DNA of 64,000 bases, taken from NCBI GenBank assembly GCA_021432655.1, contig MU271285.1, forward strand, positions 1 through 64,000, read 5' to 3'. The DNA is from Atractiella rhizophila. Lineage: Eukaryota. Below, in pieces: positions 12,753 through 26,240 of this stretch (position 1 is the stretch's first letter; the number at the start of each line of letters is the position of its first letter). The position numbers were made by a program, and so were the translations under genes. Under the pieces are notes generated by a model, which worked only from the letters and a program-made list of their open reading frames with translations, had not been told where the DNA came from and made no database searches.

Positions 12753-15700
12753 ATGATGAAGCTCAAGGGTACACTCCTTGACTGGCCTCAGGCCCAGCCT
12801 GACAAAGCCGCCAAGCGGCGGCATCTCCGTCGACTTGCGTATGGTGGCATTATTGTCCTCGCTGCCTTTGCTGCCAATGTTTTCCATCTTCATTCCTTCG
12901 CTTCATTGAAGGAGTCTAGGAGAACCGTAAATGCGTCTCCAGAAGACATAGATAAATGTGCAAGCCTCAAACTCGTTCCTGGGGCACCAGACGACTTTGC
13001 GGAAGGACGGGTGAGGAATGAGCGATTTGTTGAAGGAACTGAGGATGTTTACATCTTCAACGCCACCGTCTGGACGGGGACTGGTTCTACAGTGCGTTCC
13101 AATACTGCATTCAATCTTTTTTCTCTGAAGCATACTCGTTATGGTGTAGCTTAGAAATACTTCCCTTCATCTCTCCCAAGGCGTCATTCGCTCTGTAAAC
13201 CCGTCTGTCACCCCTTCTGATGCTGTTTCCCTCGATGCAAACGGGGCGTTCATTACGCCTGCCCTTTTCGACTTGCACAATCATTTCGGGGTGTACAGTC
13301 AGCCAGAATCGGATGGAACGTATGTTCCAACTCCTCGTGCGACTCTCTCTTTGACTCTTTGACGGTGCCTTTTTCCAGGACCGACGGCAACTCGATGGTT
13401 GGTCCCATTCGCCATTTCTTAAGGTCGCTTGATGGATTCAACACACATGACGCGGCGCGCCATCGTATTGTTGCTGGCGGAATTGGGACCTCTCTTGTTC
13501 TACCCGGGAGCGCGAACACTATGGGTGGTCAGGCTTTCGTCTTCAAGATGCGGAAAACTAAGGAGAATACTCCAACGAGCATGCTTCTAGAACCCCCTTG
13601 GACACTACCAAATGTTACGAGAGAAGAGAAATACATCAAGAGTGGGAGAACTCCGTGGAGGCATTTGAAGATGGCTCAAGGCGAGAATCCAACGAGGATA
13701 TATCAGCTCACCAGGATGGATACCAACTGGAATATCCGGTATCTAAGTTGTTTGAAATATGTCATTTGTTTATTGAGCAGTGTGCGAGCAGGGTTGAGTT
13801 TCAGAAAGCGAAGGAGCTCAAAGACAAGCAGGACGATTTCTGTGCACGTCTAGAATCAGGGACGCAGAAAGAGATGGAGCATTTTCCGGAGGACTTGGAG
13901 TACGATGCAATAGCAGATCTGCTTCGGTTTGCCTCTTTCCTCCGAGGATCACATTTGGATTAATGATAGATTCTTAGTGGGAGGGTAAAGTTGAACATTC
14001 ATTGGTAGGCGATGTACTTGTTAGCAGTTGTCGCATGCCCAAGCTTGTCATCTAGCTACGAGACCACGGACTTCGATAGCATGATCAGGCACTCGAATGA
14101 GTTTAAGTTTCCAATTGCAGGTATGTTTTATAAGGCCGCGACCAGTTTCACCAGCTCACGATTTCTCCATTTAGCTTTCCACCACGCTCATGAAGTCCGT
14201 ACCACGTTTATTTTCATGATTAACACGTTGAAAGTGTGTGTGATTCAAAGGCGTGGTTGGTTCCCGACCGTTTACGGGAGACATACGGAGGAACTCCAGG
14301 TGTGCTTCCTCCTCGATGTTGACTATCCTCACGTACTCAACATGCTGCTGTGCCCAAGCCGTCGCCATCTTCTTTGCGTTTTACCGTTGGAAGCGTGAAG
14401 CGTATCGTGGGACCGAATATGCATCGATCATCCTGAACAACAAGAACATCTCTGTGAATATTTTGTCATTCTTTTTCTCCTTCAGAAATTGAGATGTGAA
14501 ATAGGTAGTGCATCACTCTGATCATTCCGATTTACTGGATGCACGCTACATGCTTTACGAAGCTGCTCAGGTAATTGTCCTCAAAGCGTAACAACCATGT
14601 AATTTTGGATGCAGGCGCATCACGTTGGGCTTTCAGCTGAAGTTGCACTGAAGAGTGTCACTACGACTCCTGCAGAGGCGGCTGGAATGGGACACAGACT
14701 TGGGAAGATCAAGCCTGGATATGATGCTGGTGCGTCCCATTCACTTTCACTCCGGCTGACGGCAGGATTTGACGCAACTCAGACATCGTGCTTTGGGACA
14801 GTCATCCTCTCAGGTTTGCACCTCTGCTCATATACTGACCGCTCATTCAACCTTCCACTGCAGCCTAGGAGCGTCAACAAAGCAGGTCTGGATTGACGGG
14901 ATTGCGCAAATTGAACACTCTTTTCCTACACGAGCGGAGACAGAACCCATGTCAGCTTCAGCACCGAACTCGGCTTCCTACGAGGTGCCAACGGAGCCTT
15001 TGTCCGGCCCCACGCTCTCATCTACTACACAGGAAGTTCTGCTTTACAATATTTCATCCATTTTTCGGCGCATGCCAGATGGACGCCTATTGGAGGAGCT
15101 GTACAACGGTAGCCAGGATTCACATCACCAATTTGGTCTCATCATTCGAGATGGACGTGTTTCGTTTGCTGGAGTAATGGATGTTTTGCAAGTTGACGAG
15201 TCCCTTCAACGCATCGACTTAAAGGGGGGATCCATTTTGCCGTCTGCTACCTCCTTTGGCCCTCCCATGGGGCTCACAGAGATCGAACTTGAGGCGTCTA
15301 CCAACGACGGCTTCATATACGATCCCCTGTTTTCATCGTCGCGCGCAAGCCCTTTGACTGAAACTCTTGTGTATGAGTCACCAGTGAAAGCGAAGGACGG
15401 GATTAGCTTCGGCGGGAAGGATATGCTGACTGCTGTTTCGGAAGGCGTCACCAAATCTATCACTGCTCCCATGGGCAAGGGCTTCTTCTCAGGAATCAGC
15501 ACATATTTTAGGCTTGGAGCACAACATGGTGAAGAGGACTTCTTACATTTATCCGCTATGTTGCTGAGAGGATCCTGTAGGCTTAGAAGTAACAGCTTTC
15601 ATTCAAGACGAAGTCGCCCTGCATGTATCCATCACTAACGCGGGTGCGGCTTCTGCTTTCAGCTCTGATAATAATTGAAGGGTTAATCAAATAGGTCCCA

Positions 15701-16437
15701 GTATCTCGACCCTGATTGGCGCCTTACGAGAACTCCTTCTCTCCGGGACTTCGCCTTATTTCAATAAAGCTGCCAGAGGAGAGATGCCGCTTGTTGTCAC
15801 TGTCGAGAAAGCGGACCACATGGTTTCTTTGCTTCGTCTCAAAAAGGAAGTAGAGGAAGTGACAGGGAACAAGATGAAAATGATATTTTCTGGTGGAGCA
15901 GAAGCCCATCTTATTGTCGATGGGCTTGTAGAGGCAGATGTCCCAGTGGTCGTTCTTGCACCACGATGCGGTCCGAACGAATGGAATCGAAGAAGATGGT
16001 ACTTTTCTTCCCACGAATTGGAGCCAGTCTCATACCTTCAGCAGCCTCGACGGACCGCCCTTGACGGAGACCTCGCTGCCTGTTTACCTGACACTAAACA
16101 ATGTAACAGTCGCGTTTGGAACAAAAGGGGCGAACTGTTTCGTTCGTCATAGATGGAACGAGGCAGGATGGGCGTACAAAACATCTGCTGGTCGAATATC
16201 AAAAGCACAGGCAGTAGCTTGGGCAGCCGGCAACCTGGAGAACATGCTTGGTTTGGAGATCAAAGACACTTTGGAGGTTGGGGAACTGGCAGATTTTGTT
16301 GCTTTTGAGGTCAGTGTTCGTATATGAGTTGTGCTTATGATGCCCACCCTCAGGCAATGAAACAGGGAGACCCATTCGAATTTGACGGAAGGCCTCGAGT
16401 AGTTGCAGACGGTTCAGGGAAGGTGTTCGTTCTCTGA
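12753..16437 (+). CDS. Amidohydrolase superfamily protein (metal-dependent, duplicated domain) with an N-terminal membrane anchor; many small exons
   Basis: 'LFDLHNHFGVYS' HxH metal motif, 'GGIGTSLVLPGSANTMGGQAFVFK', 'LKMAQGENP' and 'TTTPAEAAGMGHRLGKIKPGYDAD'. A second degenerate half begins 'RIDLKGGSILPS'. Confidence 0.85.
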
Positions 16438-16759
16438 ACCTGATCGCAAGCGTAGTATTGGATCACCCAGCTCCAACCCATCAAAATAAGTTATTGAGAA
16501 GGTTCAGCTATTACATAGCGATATCACAATACAATGCCCATATCGAGTTCTCCTTTATAGAGCCCTCATGTTCCATGCTATATATATCTGATTCTGCAGT
16601 TTCTCGAAGAGTGTTGTACAACGATTCATTGTTAATACTACAACAGCACGGACATCTCTAGACCGAATGAGACTGATTGACAGTGATTGTAAAAAGTGGA
16701 CATCCCACTATTTGCAACACCAGCAGCACGCTTACACCTATTCTGCCTTGCAGGACAAG

Positions 16760-18401
16760 TTAAGAAATAAACACCTTTCTTCCCTCTCGTTCCTCAAACT
16801 CCTCTCCCGTCTTTGGACACACCACGCGTCCTCCATAACGCTCTGCCATCCTCTTGAGCGCCTCTCGACTGTATACTCTGCCATTCGGAAGCACTCTCAA
16901 TTCCTCTCCTCCAGCAATGACTTTGCCACTGATTCCGCACACAATGCTGCTCGTCGCCCAATGACCACGCGGGACCTCATCTGCCAACTGGCTGAGAGGC
17001 GAATAGCACAATGGACAGCTCCGTTGGGGGTGCATGACGAGGGACTCGAGGGACGGAGGGAGGGATGGAGGGAGCGGCGGTTCGTGGTGTGAGTGGGAAA
17101 GCGGCGAAGAGGGAAATACGGTGGCAGTGGAGGAGGGGGAAGGAGCGGCGATGAGGTCCAAAAGATCTGGTGTGCGACGGGAAGGTGGGTGAAGGTGGGA
17201 GGTAGGGGAGGTGGAGTGCGAGGCAGTTGATTGACGCGCTGGAAGACACGAGGTCGTCTTTAGACAAGCGAGACCGGCGGAAAGGGCCAGGGAGAGAAGA
17301 GGGAGCGGGGGAAGGGAGAGCAGCGAGAGGTACACTGTCCGGAAGTAGGTGGAGAGCGTGAACCACCTTGACGGCTCGTACATTTTCTACACCCCATCCA
17401 ATCATTCTTGTGAACTCTTCTACGAAAGGTAAAGTCAAACCTGGTATTTCCCAATCCTCGTTCGAGGAGAATAAGTTAGTAAGCCAGCGGTGGCGATGAT
17501 TGTATCTCTCATCCACGCAAGGGTTTGAGCATCCCAATCTGCCGTATCGTTTGGCACAGGAGTTGAAGTGGCGACGGTGAGGTAAGGCTGGAGCCACTTC
17601 TGGAAATACTCCAAAGCTTCCGGGTGGGAGGAAACGCGGCAGAGTTCGACGAATTCTTGGAGGCGGAGACTGAGTTCAAGAGTCGACTGTTCGATATAGC
17701 TAAGCTAGAAGTGGAAGAAGAGGAAAGAGGACACACTTTCGCCTTCTTCAACGCCTGAGAGTTCTCTTTACACCATTGTAGGGCTGCAGCTGCTGAAGGG
17801 GTGGCCGATTCCAGCGCATGTTGGATGGCATGCAGTTCCTTCCAGAGAGAGGCGTCGACGTATTCCTATATCGCGCGTCATTACATTCATATAGAGGACA
17901 GGAGAGGTGAGATGCTCACTTCGATATTGTACGTTTTGGATATCAGCTCTGCAACATTTTGATGTCCTTCGCGGAAAGCATAGTCGACGAGGTAACGCTC
18001 CAATCGCGTATTGCTCCACTAACCAACCCCATGAAAGAAACAAATGTCACTCTCAGTCACCAACAATTCTCATATCGAAAGACCAAAGAACCTACCTCCT
18101 CCCATCTTCTCTTCCCGTCTGGGTCATCCTCTGCTAACCCCTCAATTTCCTCGACCTCTCCCAACAGCCCAATGCGCTTCCTGCTGCTCTCAATCACGCC
18201 TGTTGCCTCCTTTTTCTTATTCTCCAGGTCCCCTCGCAACTTAGTGTACTTTGCAGTCAAGGCATCCACACTTGTTGATGCTGTGGCGGGAGGCAGCGAG
18301 CGAGGATACTGACGGAGAGAACGGCGGGTGGAGTGCAGAGGGGGAAGAAGGAAGGGCTGCTCTAGCAGAAGAAGGGATGCGCTATTTGTTGGCAGGGCCA
18401 T
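16760..18401 (-). CDS. FYV10: GID/CTLH E3 ligase subunit Fyv10/Gid9 (MAEA homolog)
   Basis: N-terminal 'LLLLEQPFLLPP', LisH-like exon 'WSNTRLERYLVDYAFREGH', and C-terminal 'LSAGLACLKTTSC...CPLC...SSIVCGISGK...LPNGRVYS...VVCPKTGEEF...KVFIS'. Confidence 0.88.
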
Positions 18402-19370
18402 GATGCTGCTTTAGAGCGAGGATCGCTGTGTTCAGGTTCCTTTGTGGTTTGGTGCGGTCGGATACATGCAGGTGTTCAGTCAGTGAAGATACTGGAAATC
18501 ATTTGGAAAGTGGAAATCCTTATGGATTAGAGATTTGGTCTCCAGCAGTGAAAAGGTGGTGGATAATATGTTTGTATGGGGAAAGCTAAGGGACAGACTT
18601 CCATTGCTGCAATTATTGGGGGTGCCATGCGACTGAGCGTGACAGTCTAGACCCAAGAGCCATTGCTTTCTTCGTCGTATTAGAAAGATTGTCGGCTCTT
18701 GCACAGCAAATGCTGTGCCTCTACTATGTTCTGTCTTGGCGTCTCAGTCCCTGTTTCTGGCCTCCCTCCACCTTAGTTCACATTATGGTGAAGCATCAAG
18801 TTATCAATATAACTCGAACATTAATTGTAAATTTCAATTTCATCAAGAAACTGCCTATCAATATCAATTGCGTACTTTTTTCTGTTAATAAGTCGTGGGG
18901 TGATTTAATAAGGCGTCGGTATCGTTTGGGTCGAGGAAGGCTACACACTAACTGAATCACTTTCAACAGAAGCGGTCTTTGGTTCTGCAATCGCACAATA
19001 TCTACAGAGCGGCTGACGGTTCCATATTCTTCAGTGTTGACTTGAACAGTTCACCCTGAGAAACCGAGAGGTCAGGACTTGCTAGTGTTCTAAGTTCGTT
19101 TGGTCATCGCAGTTTCGTCGTACTCCCCCCCAGAGATGTGCTAAAATCATGATGGCTAAGAGATTTCTGCATCACTCGGGGCCACATATCTTTGCTTTTC
19201 TTGAACTTCGCTCAGCTCAATCTGTGGGTTCCCTCCCAAGTCTCTTCAATTTGTCTTCTCTGAAGATATCTGCTGTGAAATATCCTCGCGAGACGGATGG
19301 CATTTAAGAGAGAGTGGGAGGGAGGCATCTATGCAATCTGCCCTTGCCAGTCAGCATACAACCGGTTAGA

Positions 19371-19583
19371 ATGAAACTTCTCTTTCCTCTCCTCTTCGCC
19401 GTAGTGCTCTCTTCTCCCACAGTGCATGTAGAGAGGTGCAGTGCAATTGTAGAATGCACGGATGGAACGACCGTCCAGGAATTCGAGTGAGATTCAATCT
19501 TTATCTGGATGGCAGGCTCATGATTGTGGTATAGTTGTGTTTGTCCTGAGGGATGGACGTTCATTAGACAAACTTTCCCTTGA
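19371..19583 (+). CDS. Candidate small secreted 4-Cys peptide (54 aa, 2 exons: 19371-19486, 19535-19583)
   Basis: Manual splice of a 48-nt GTGAGA..CTCAT..TAG intron gives MKLLFPLLFAVVLSSPTVHVERCSAIVECTDGTTVQEFDCVCPEGWTFIRQTFP*, with a signal-peptide-like N-terminus. An alternative reading frame through the same intron also exists. Confidence 0.35.
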
Positions 19584-19900
19584 TTCACGAGGTAAACCTT
19601 TCATTCTCCCATAATATGCAAGTGTCATTCCTGACACCTTCCAGTAGGATGTTTGCGTCCTTTTGTTGTGCTGGAGAACTACGTTGTGACCTGTTATTGA
19701 ACAAACCTCTGTCTCCTTCACCTTGTACACCATCAATAAATCATATCTGGAAGAAAATGGTACAAATTGATGCAAGAGAGCCCGACAGGGAGATGTCACC
19801 TAAATAGAGAACATTAGAAGATAACATGTACAGCAGGACGAGTTGGCGAATGAACGCATTGCAGTACAGCCGTGAACATGACAGAAATACAGATGCCGAG

Positions 19901-21911
19901 TTATAGCGCCCGTGCTTCGGCTTCTTGATTGTTATCAATAGCGACTGAAAGCTGCCATCTCAAGCCTTTGGCCTCCTCCCAACTTTCTGCTCCTCCACCC
20001 AACTTACGACCTCCCACCACCGAAGAATAACCGCTCTCAACACTTCTCGCAGTACCTCTCCTCGTCAACTCTCTCTCCGCGAATGACAACCTCTTGTCCA
20101 TCAAATTCGCCAATGCTTCTCTAGACGTCGCCGAAATAACTGAGATGGTGGACCGAGAAGGAGCTCTCGGCATACGGTAGATGGAAGAAGTGATGGAAGG
20201 ATGTCGTGGGATGCCACTAACGGGGGCGACTACCGGACGACGTAATGTCGAGTGAAGGGAAGACGGAGCATTTTGGGACGAGTTACGCGGTGGTCTGGTG
20301 GTGTAACCGAAGCGAGTGTATGGGTCGTCCTCTTCCTGCATGATCGACTTCTCCTGCTTATTGCCATCCTCCTTAGGAGGCACAGGAGGAGGCAAGGAAG
20401 TTCTAGACCAAGCGTTGAGCATCCCGCTGAGCTTTGTTGCCCATCCACCACTGTCCGCCTCATCCTCCAATTCGGGCACTGCAGTGGGGGAAGACGAAGC
20501 TTCTTCAATATCCGGGAGGGAAGAAACCATCTCCTCTTTCTCGCCGTCATCAACCTTCCTCTCAGCTCTCTCTTCTGCTTCTGCTTCCTTTTCTTTTTCC
20601 TTTCTCATTTCCTCCAGCTTTGCTCTCTCAACCGGCGACATGACTCTCAATGGTGCTATGGGCACGTCCGTAAACTCAAGAGGCGGCAATTGCGGAATGT
20701 CAATCGCCCGAAGGCGACCCTGCACTGGTACAAAATCCCCATATCTGGTGCTGCCTGGGGAATGATAGATCGTCGGAGGGAAGACGTCCACACTGCCGAT
20801 TGGAGAATAAACTTGCGAATCGAACGTTTCCGGAATGCTGGCATACGCCTGCTCCGTCCGCCATTGCGCGAAGCGAGTTGGTTGGTGGACGCTGCAAGGT
20901 GGGACGGGAATGGCTGGTAAATGCGGAAGAGGTGAGAGTAGGTGAGGAGATAACTGCCGGATGATTGGGGTGATCGCACGGGGAGGAATTATTGGCTGTT
21001 GATGCTTTTATCAGCAAAAGTAAGGAGTGGTGGACGAGAGTACGAACATCAATTGGTGATAACGAGTCTATACTCTCCCCGTGACGATAAACCACCTTTT
21101 CCTGATCCCATAGTTCAATCTTCGGAATTGGAGCGAGTCCGGTTCCCTTGGGATCTTCATCACTGCTCAGGTTGGCCCAACTGATTTTCTCCTCCTGAAA
21201 AAGTCCACCTTCTCCGCTCTGCCTGTCCCTGTTGATGACGTCCTCGTCTTCGTCCTCATCCCATAAATCTCCATTCAGTCGTTCTCTCTTCTTCCTCTGC
21301 ATCAGTCTTCGAACCACAAGAGCGAGAATGGCTAGGATAAGAACCAGGATGAGAATCATGACCATGATTGTCAGAGCGACTGAGAGTCCAGAGTCTCCCA
21401 GGGAAGCGAGGAAAGATGAATCATTGGCTGCCGAATTGGTAGGAGATGGGGTTGAAGATGTACTGCTGGCAGTCTCCACAGAATTTGGACGCAGAGTGGA
21501 GTTTATGGCCGAAGATAAAGAATGAAGGGATACAGTTGACGCGACGACGGGTTTCGTGAAGCTGGAAACGAAAGCGGTGGTTGAACGGGAGAGAGGATCG
21601 TGGAGGGACCCGCTCATGAGAGGCTCAGATCTCTGAAGGACTGATGTCGTGCTGGCAAGGATGAGAGGGTCGGCAACTGCTGTGGGAGAGGAAGGGAAAT
21701 CCGAAATGGAAGGCAAGCTGAAGACGATTCCCCCATCTTCATCCAAGGATCCAACTCCTAATCCCTGCCCATCATCGTCATCCGACATGCCATCGTCCTT
21801 CGAAGCAAAGATAGCTTGGGCAGGCGGTCGTTGATGGGAAGAACGACGAATGCGGGTGAACGTTGACTTGTGCGACCTTGAGATCCTCGACGTCCTCGAC
21901 GACGAGTGCAT
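19901..21911 (-). CDS. Uncharacterised single-pass membrane protein (Ser/Thr-rich N-region, one TM helix, low-complexity cytosolic tail)
   Basis: Long ORFs 20700-22004 and 19901-20791 in different frames, probably joined by an intron near 20945-21022. TM 'VALTIMVMILILVLILAILALVV' followed by 'RRLMQRKKRER'. Start codon uncertain. Confidence 0.6.
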
Positions 21912-23034
21912 CGCTAACGTGAGGGCCAGCCTAGTAGGTATTCGCACAGAGAGGGAAAAGGCCACGTCGAGTGGCTCTAAGGTATAACACTTAAACAGAA
22001 GCAACTAAGGCGGAGAGGCGAAAGATTTAGGACGAGTTCGTCTTGGTCGTCTCCGGTGGTAAAGACGCTCGTTCCAGGACGTTGGACCTCCTTTCCCGCC
22101 TCCCTTCCCGGGTGAGAACGGAATCTGATGGTGTGAAAACATTCGAGATCGCGGCTGTGGTGATAATTTTCTGGGTAAACACACGATCAGGGGATATGGA
22201 TGCAAAATGATGCTCACAGTGCGACCAGGACCCTTGCGACTGAGGGTTTTAATTCTAAGCGATCTTGGCAATTTTCTCCATGACGTCCTTCAGCACTTAC
22301 AATTGGGCGTAATTGCCTCTATTCATCAATCACTGCGTGAATATTTATTTTCTTTCACAGCTGCTATCAGATTCACTCTAACTCAATGTAAGCTGATTAA
22401 CACTAACTGCACTGAATGAAAATAGAGCATCTGACGGTGTTTTCATCAATGTCGAGCAAAACATCCATCACAGTATACTCTAAGCGCAGTTAGTTCAACT
22501 CATGAATCAGAATAAGCAGTAGTTTATAAGGCGTAGTAACTATACAGTATCAATTGGGCACAGAATATGTTACGGATTGTTTGCTCTCATTTGGCAAAAG
22601 GCACAACAGAAAGTTTGGGAGATACTGACGAAAGCCTATCAAAAAGGACGATACGTGCCATGGAAGGTGTACAATCGCTGCGGGAAAGCTGGGCAAGAGG
22701 TGACACAGCAGATGAAGTGCGTAAGTCTATCTACGACGAAGACATAACTGACTCAAGCTCTATTGCAAACAGTGGATCGTTCTGGCACAACTGTCTACCG
22801 AAGAACAGGAAGAGTTGTCTCGTCGGCCACTTTCCTTCGATCTCAAAGTCCAATACCTAGCTAATACGTTGACAAGCAGAAGCACTCCTCAAGCTGGTAC
22901 AACCCTTCAACTCAAGCCACCTCTCCCTTCGTGCTCTCTCCTTCCTGCAACGGGCCCTACAGTCTCCCATATCACCATCTCTCTTCCTTCACACTTTTCT
23001 CCGTCAATTCTCAACCTCAGGAATCTCCCTCTCC

Positions 23035-26000
23035 TTGGATGCCATCAACGAAGTCTCACGCATTCTCCTACCTCTGTCAGAAGCGGTGGAGGTGTCTTCA
23101 GCCGACTATCCAGACCTATTGAGGTTCATCACCCGCTTGTTCGAGCCGGGAAGTGACAATAAGGACAAAATTTCGAAATACGGCACACACGCTGCTACTT
23201 CCCTCTCCCAGACCATGCTCGAAAAATCTCATGCTGCAGTCCTTCAATCCATCCTATCACCCTCTTCAGGCCCTTCTTCAATAAACACCAGAGATCTTCT
23301 GCCTCCGTTGCAGGCAGCAGTGCGAGCTGTGAACTCGCATATTGCGCAGATGTGGATCATGGATCCGCTCCAGTTGGGTGCGTTGGGGAGAGAGGAACAG
23401 GCACAGAGTCGCTTGAAGGGTATATTGGAGGATCTAACCGGAGCTTGCGAGTGGGGGAGGAGAATGGACGAAATCCTCTCTTCTTCCGCAGAAGGAGGGG
23501 CGGAAGCAGAGAAATTTGGAACAGGGGATGTCAGATATGCACTGGAGGAACTGGTGAGTATCGGCTTCCGAACTTGACATCAGGAATAATAGGAAGACAG
23601 ATGGCTGATCACCCTCTCACGGATTATGCACCACGACTGGACAAGATCTGGCGGCGCCGAAGTGGATTGATGAAAGAAGAAAATATGGACGCCGAACTCG
23701 AAGAGTTTTATGTTACTATTCTTGAATGTGGACGACTGGAAGATGTAGAGTGGGGTTGTTTGATCGCTCTCAAAGTTGGTTGTTCATTAACCTTTGAGCC
23801 GGATTGACTAGATTTTTGGACAGCTGCCACAGGTTCTGAGCGATATGGAGATTGCTCAAGTGCGTTCCTCTTTCTTCATTTATGGTCACGATTCGGTGAC
23901 GAGGGCACCCACTCACACTGGGTAAAGAACAGAGATCCACTCCGTCGTGCCTGTTTACGTGTTGCCTCTTCCCTCTCCCCCACCTCGACGCCAAAGCCGG
24001 AAACTCCTTCTGGCCCCTCCCCCTCGCAACAAGGAGCACCGAACGCGTTCGTCCATGGAACTGCAATACCCTTTGTGCCCAACTAATATGATCACGGTGG
24101 ATAGGAAAAGGAAGCGCGAGCTATACCGTTCTTGTTTTTCCGATCTCAAAATGTCACAGGACATTTTACCACCTTCTGAAGAGTCAGAGGACTTTCAAGT
24201 CTGTTTTATTCCTCTCATGTGGAGGACGGATCTCTAATGGATTCCTTGAATTGAACGAAAGGTAGATGGACTTTGACTCCTTGACCTCTTTCCAATCAGC
24301 CGAAGATCTCGGTGCTTATTTCTCGAACATCCGTTCAGTGCAGGGTCAAAAGGAGGTATGCATCATGATTCAAGACGTAAATATTTATGTCTCCTCTCAG
24401 GTTATGCTCTGTCCTCTTATAGTGAAACCTATGGCTGGGATAGGCAATGAACAAATGTCAAGACGCCCAGGAATCTCAAACATTCGCACACCTCTGCAAA
24501 GCGCTCACAGATACACGAGAGATATTCGACATTGTAGTCGCATACATGGGCCCACAGAAGATCGCGGAGAAGGTGCTACAGATGATGGATGCATTCGATA
24601 CCTCCTCTTTGAATTCTGGTATGCAACGGTTCTTCGTTAACGTGAGTGAGTGACTAAGGCACTGATGACTGAATAGTAGGAGGCGACGACCTCCCACTTC
24701 AGTGGTTTGGACAAATCACCTTATTCCTAGAAGTGTTAATTCATCAATACGGTGTGAGTCTTGCTTAGCTTTCCCTCTCGTATCCACCTGCGGTAGGAAG
24801 GGCCTTCAATGAAGTGACAAATGCTTTTGCAGCGCAAACGATGCCTCGCAAACTTGGATGTGCCTCGGGATTCTCCAAGTTTGCTCTGGCTGAGAACGAG
24901 GGGCACAATTTATCCGCTCACGAGATTAGATGCTGGCTCGGTAGCATTGATCGACAATTGGATATCTGGACTGTTTGGGGACGGTTTAACTGACGAATTG
25001 GCAGGGTATCTGAGTTCCCTCCTTTTTGACTTCAAGCTGACACAACTTTCATCTGACGAATAGACAAACGGACCCTAGATTACTCCTCAAACTCGCTCCC
25101 ACGATTTACATGCAGTGTTTTACGGCCTGGTCACTGGCTATTGCGGAAATTGAAGCGCTCAAGAGCGCTCTCGACTATTTCTCCCAACCCATCCTCAGCT
25201 TCACACTGCCGAGCATTATTCATGCCATGCTTTCTGAGTTACGGCTCACAATGTCCGCTCTACCTTTTCTGCTCCAGGTATCAGTGCATTGATGTGGCCT
25301 CTTAGAGATGCTGGAGATATGCAGAACAATGCCCGCATCAAAATCGAGACTCTCCATCTTACCCTCAACAGCGATTATCCGTTGCCCCAGTTAATTCTTG
25401 AATTGATAGCCGACGAGCTTTGGACCACTCTTAAGGATAGCAGGGTGGGACAAGAACCAACGGCACATTTGCTAAAAAGTAAAGTAGCGCCATACATTAG
25501 TGAAGGTAAGAATTTGACCATTTCGAAAGCTTCATTGCTGATTACTATCGGATGATCAAACAGTTCCAGATAGGTCATTGGTCCAGCCTTGGCCGGAAGC
25601 ATTTAGGACAATGCTTCTTCACGATGGTAGCAACCGTCTCCATGGATTCATACAGCGTGCCATCCGCGCACTGGGGACCAAGGAAACGACGGTTCTCTTA
25701 CTGGACACCTTTCTCTCAGCTATCTCCCAGCCCTCATCCTCCGCAACGCAAGGGGATCAGCGCGGGCCGCTCTTGCCTCAACCTCAACATCTAGCCACGT
25801 CAAATCCGAAATCGCTACTCCTCCTCGCCTGCGAAATTCTGAGCCATCCTCGCTTGCGCCGCTCGCTCGAAGAGGAAGTGGATAGGATCGTGGTCGACCT
25901 GGGCAAGGCCGGGGTGAAACCGAGTGCAGAGCTGGTAGACCAGTTGGAGTTTCTAGTTAGGTTGATAAATGATGTGATGGGAGAGAAGACGAATCGGTGG

Positions 26001-26066
26001 AAGACGTTAATGAGAGGTGGATTTGCGGTTGAGGCGTTTTGGAAGCTTTTGACAAGAGAATCTTAA
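23035..26066 (+). CDS. MED5: Mediator tail subunit Med5 (Nut1), multi-exon
   Basis: 'LIDNWISGLFGDGLTDEL', 'LLLKLAPTIYMQCFTAW' and 'LKSALDYFSQPILSFTLPSII' resemble conserved Med5 blocks. Confidence 0.7.
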
Positions 26067-26240
26067 GGTTTCTTTTTGATGAATGCATCCAATTCTTAAA
26101 CATGGCCATCACCCTCTGAACAGCCTTAGCTACTTGAATTCGCGTAAACTATTGACTGGTTGGCAAGAGTGTCGGATTGTAACACGTCTAACATTCTACA
26201 TTTGGTATCACATATCTTACAACAGGATGCAAGAAAGTGT

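Noticed and set aside
19148..19263. Box C/D snoRNA (ATGATG...CTGA)
   Set aside because: Box C is imperfect, and I saw no convincing terminal stem or rRNA-complementary guide.
22390..22520. Weak inverted repeat (ACTAACTGC/GCAGTTAGT) as a MITE or hairpin
   Set aside because: Only ~9 bp of perfect pairing in AT-rich DNA, compatible with chance.
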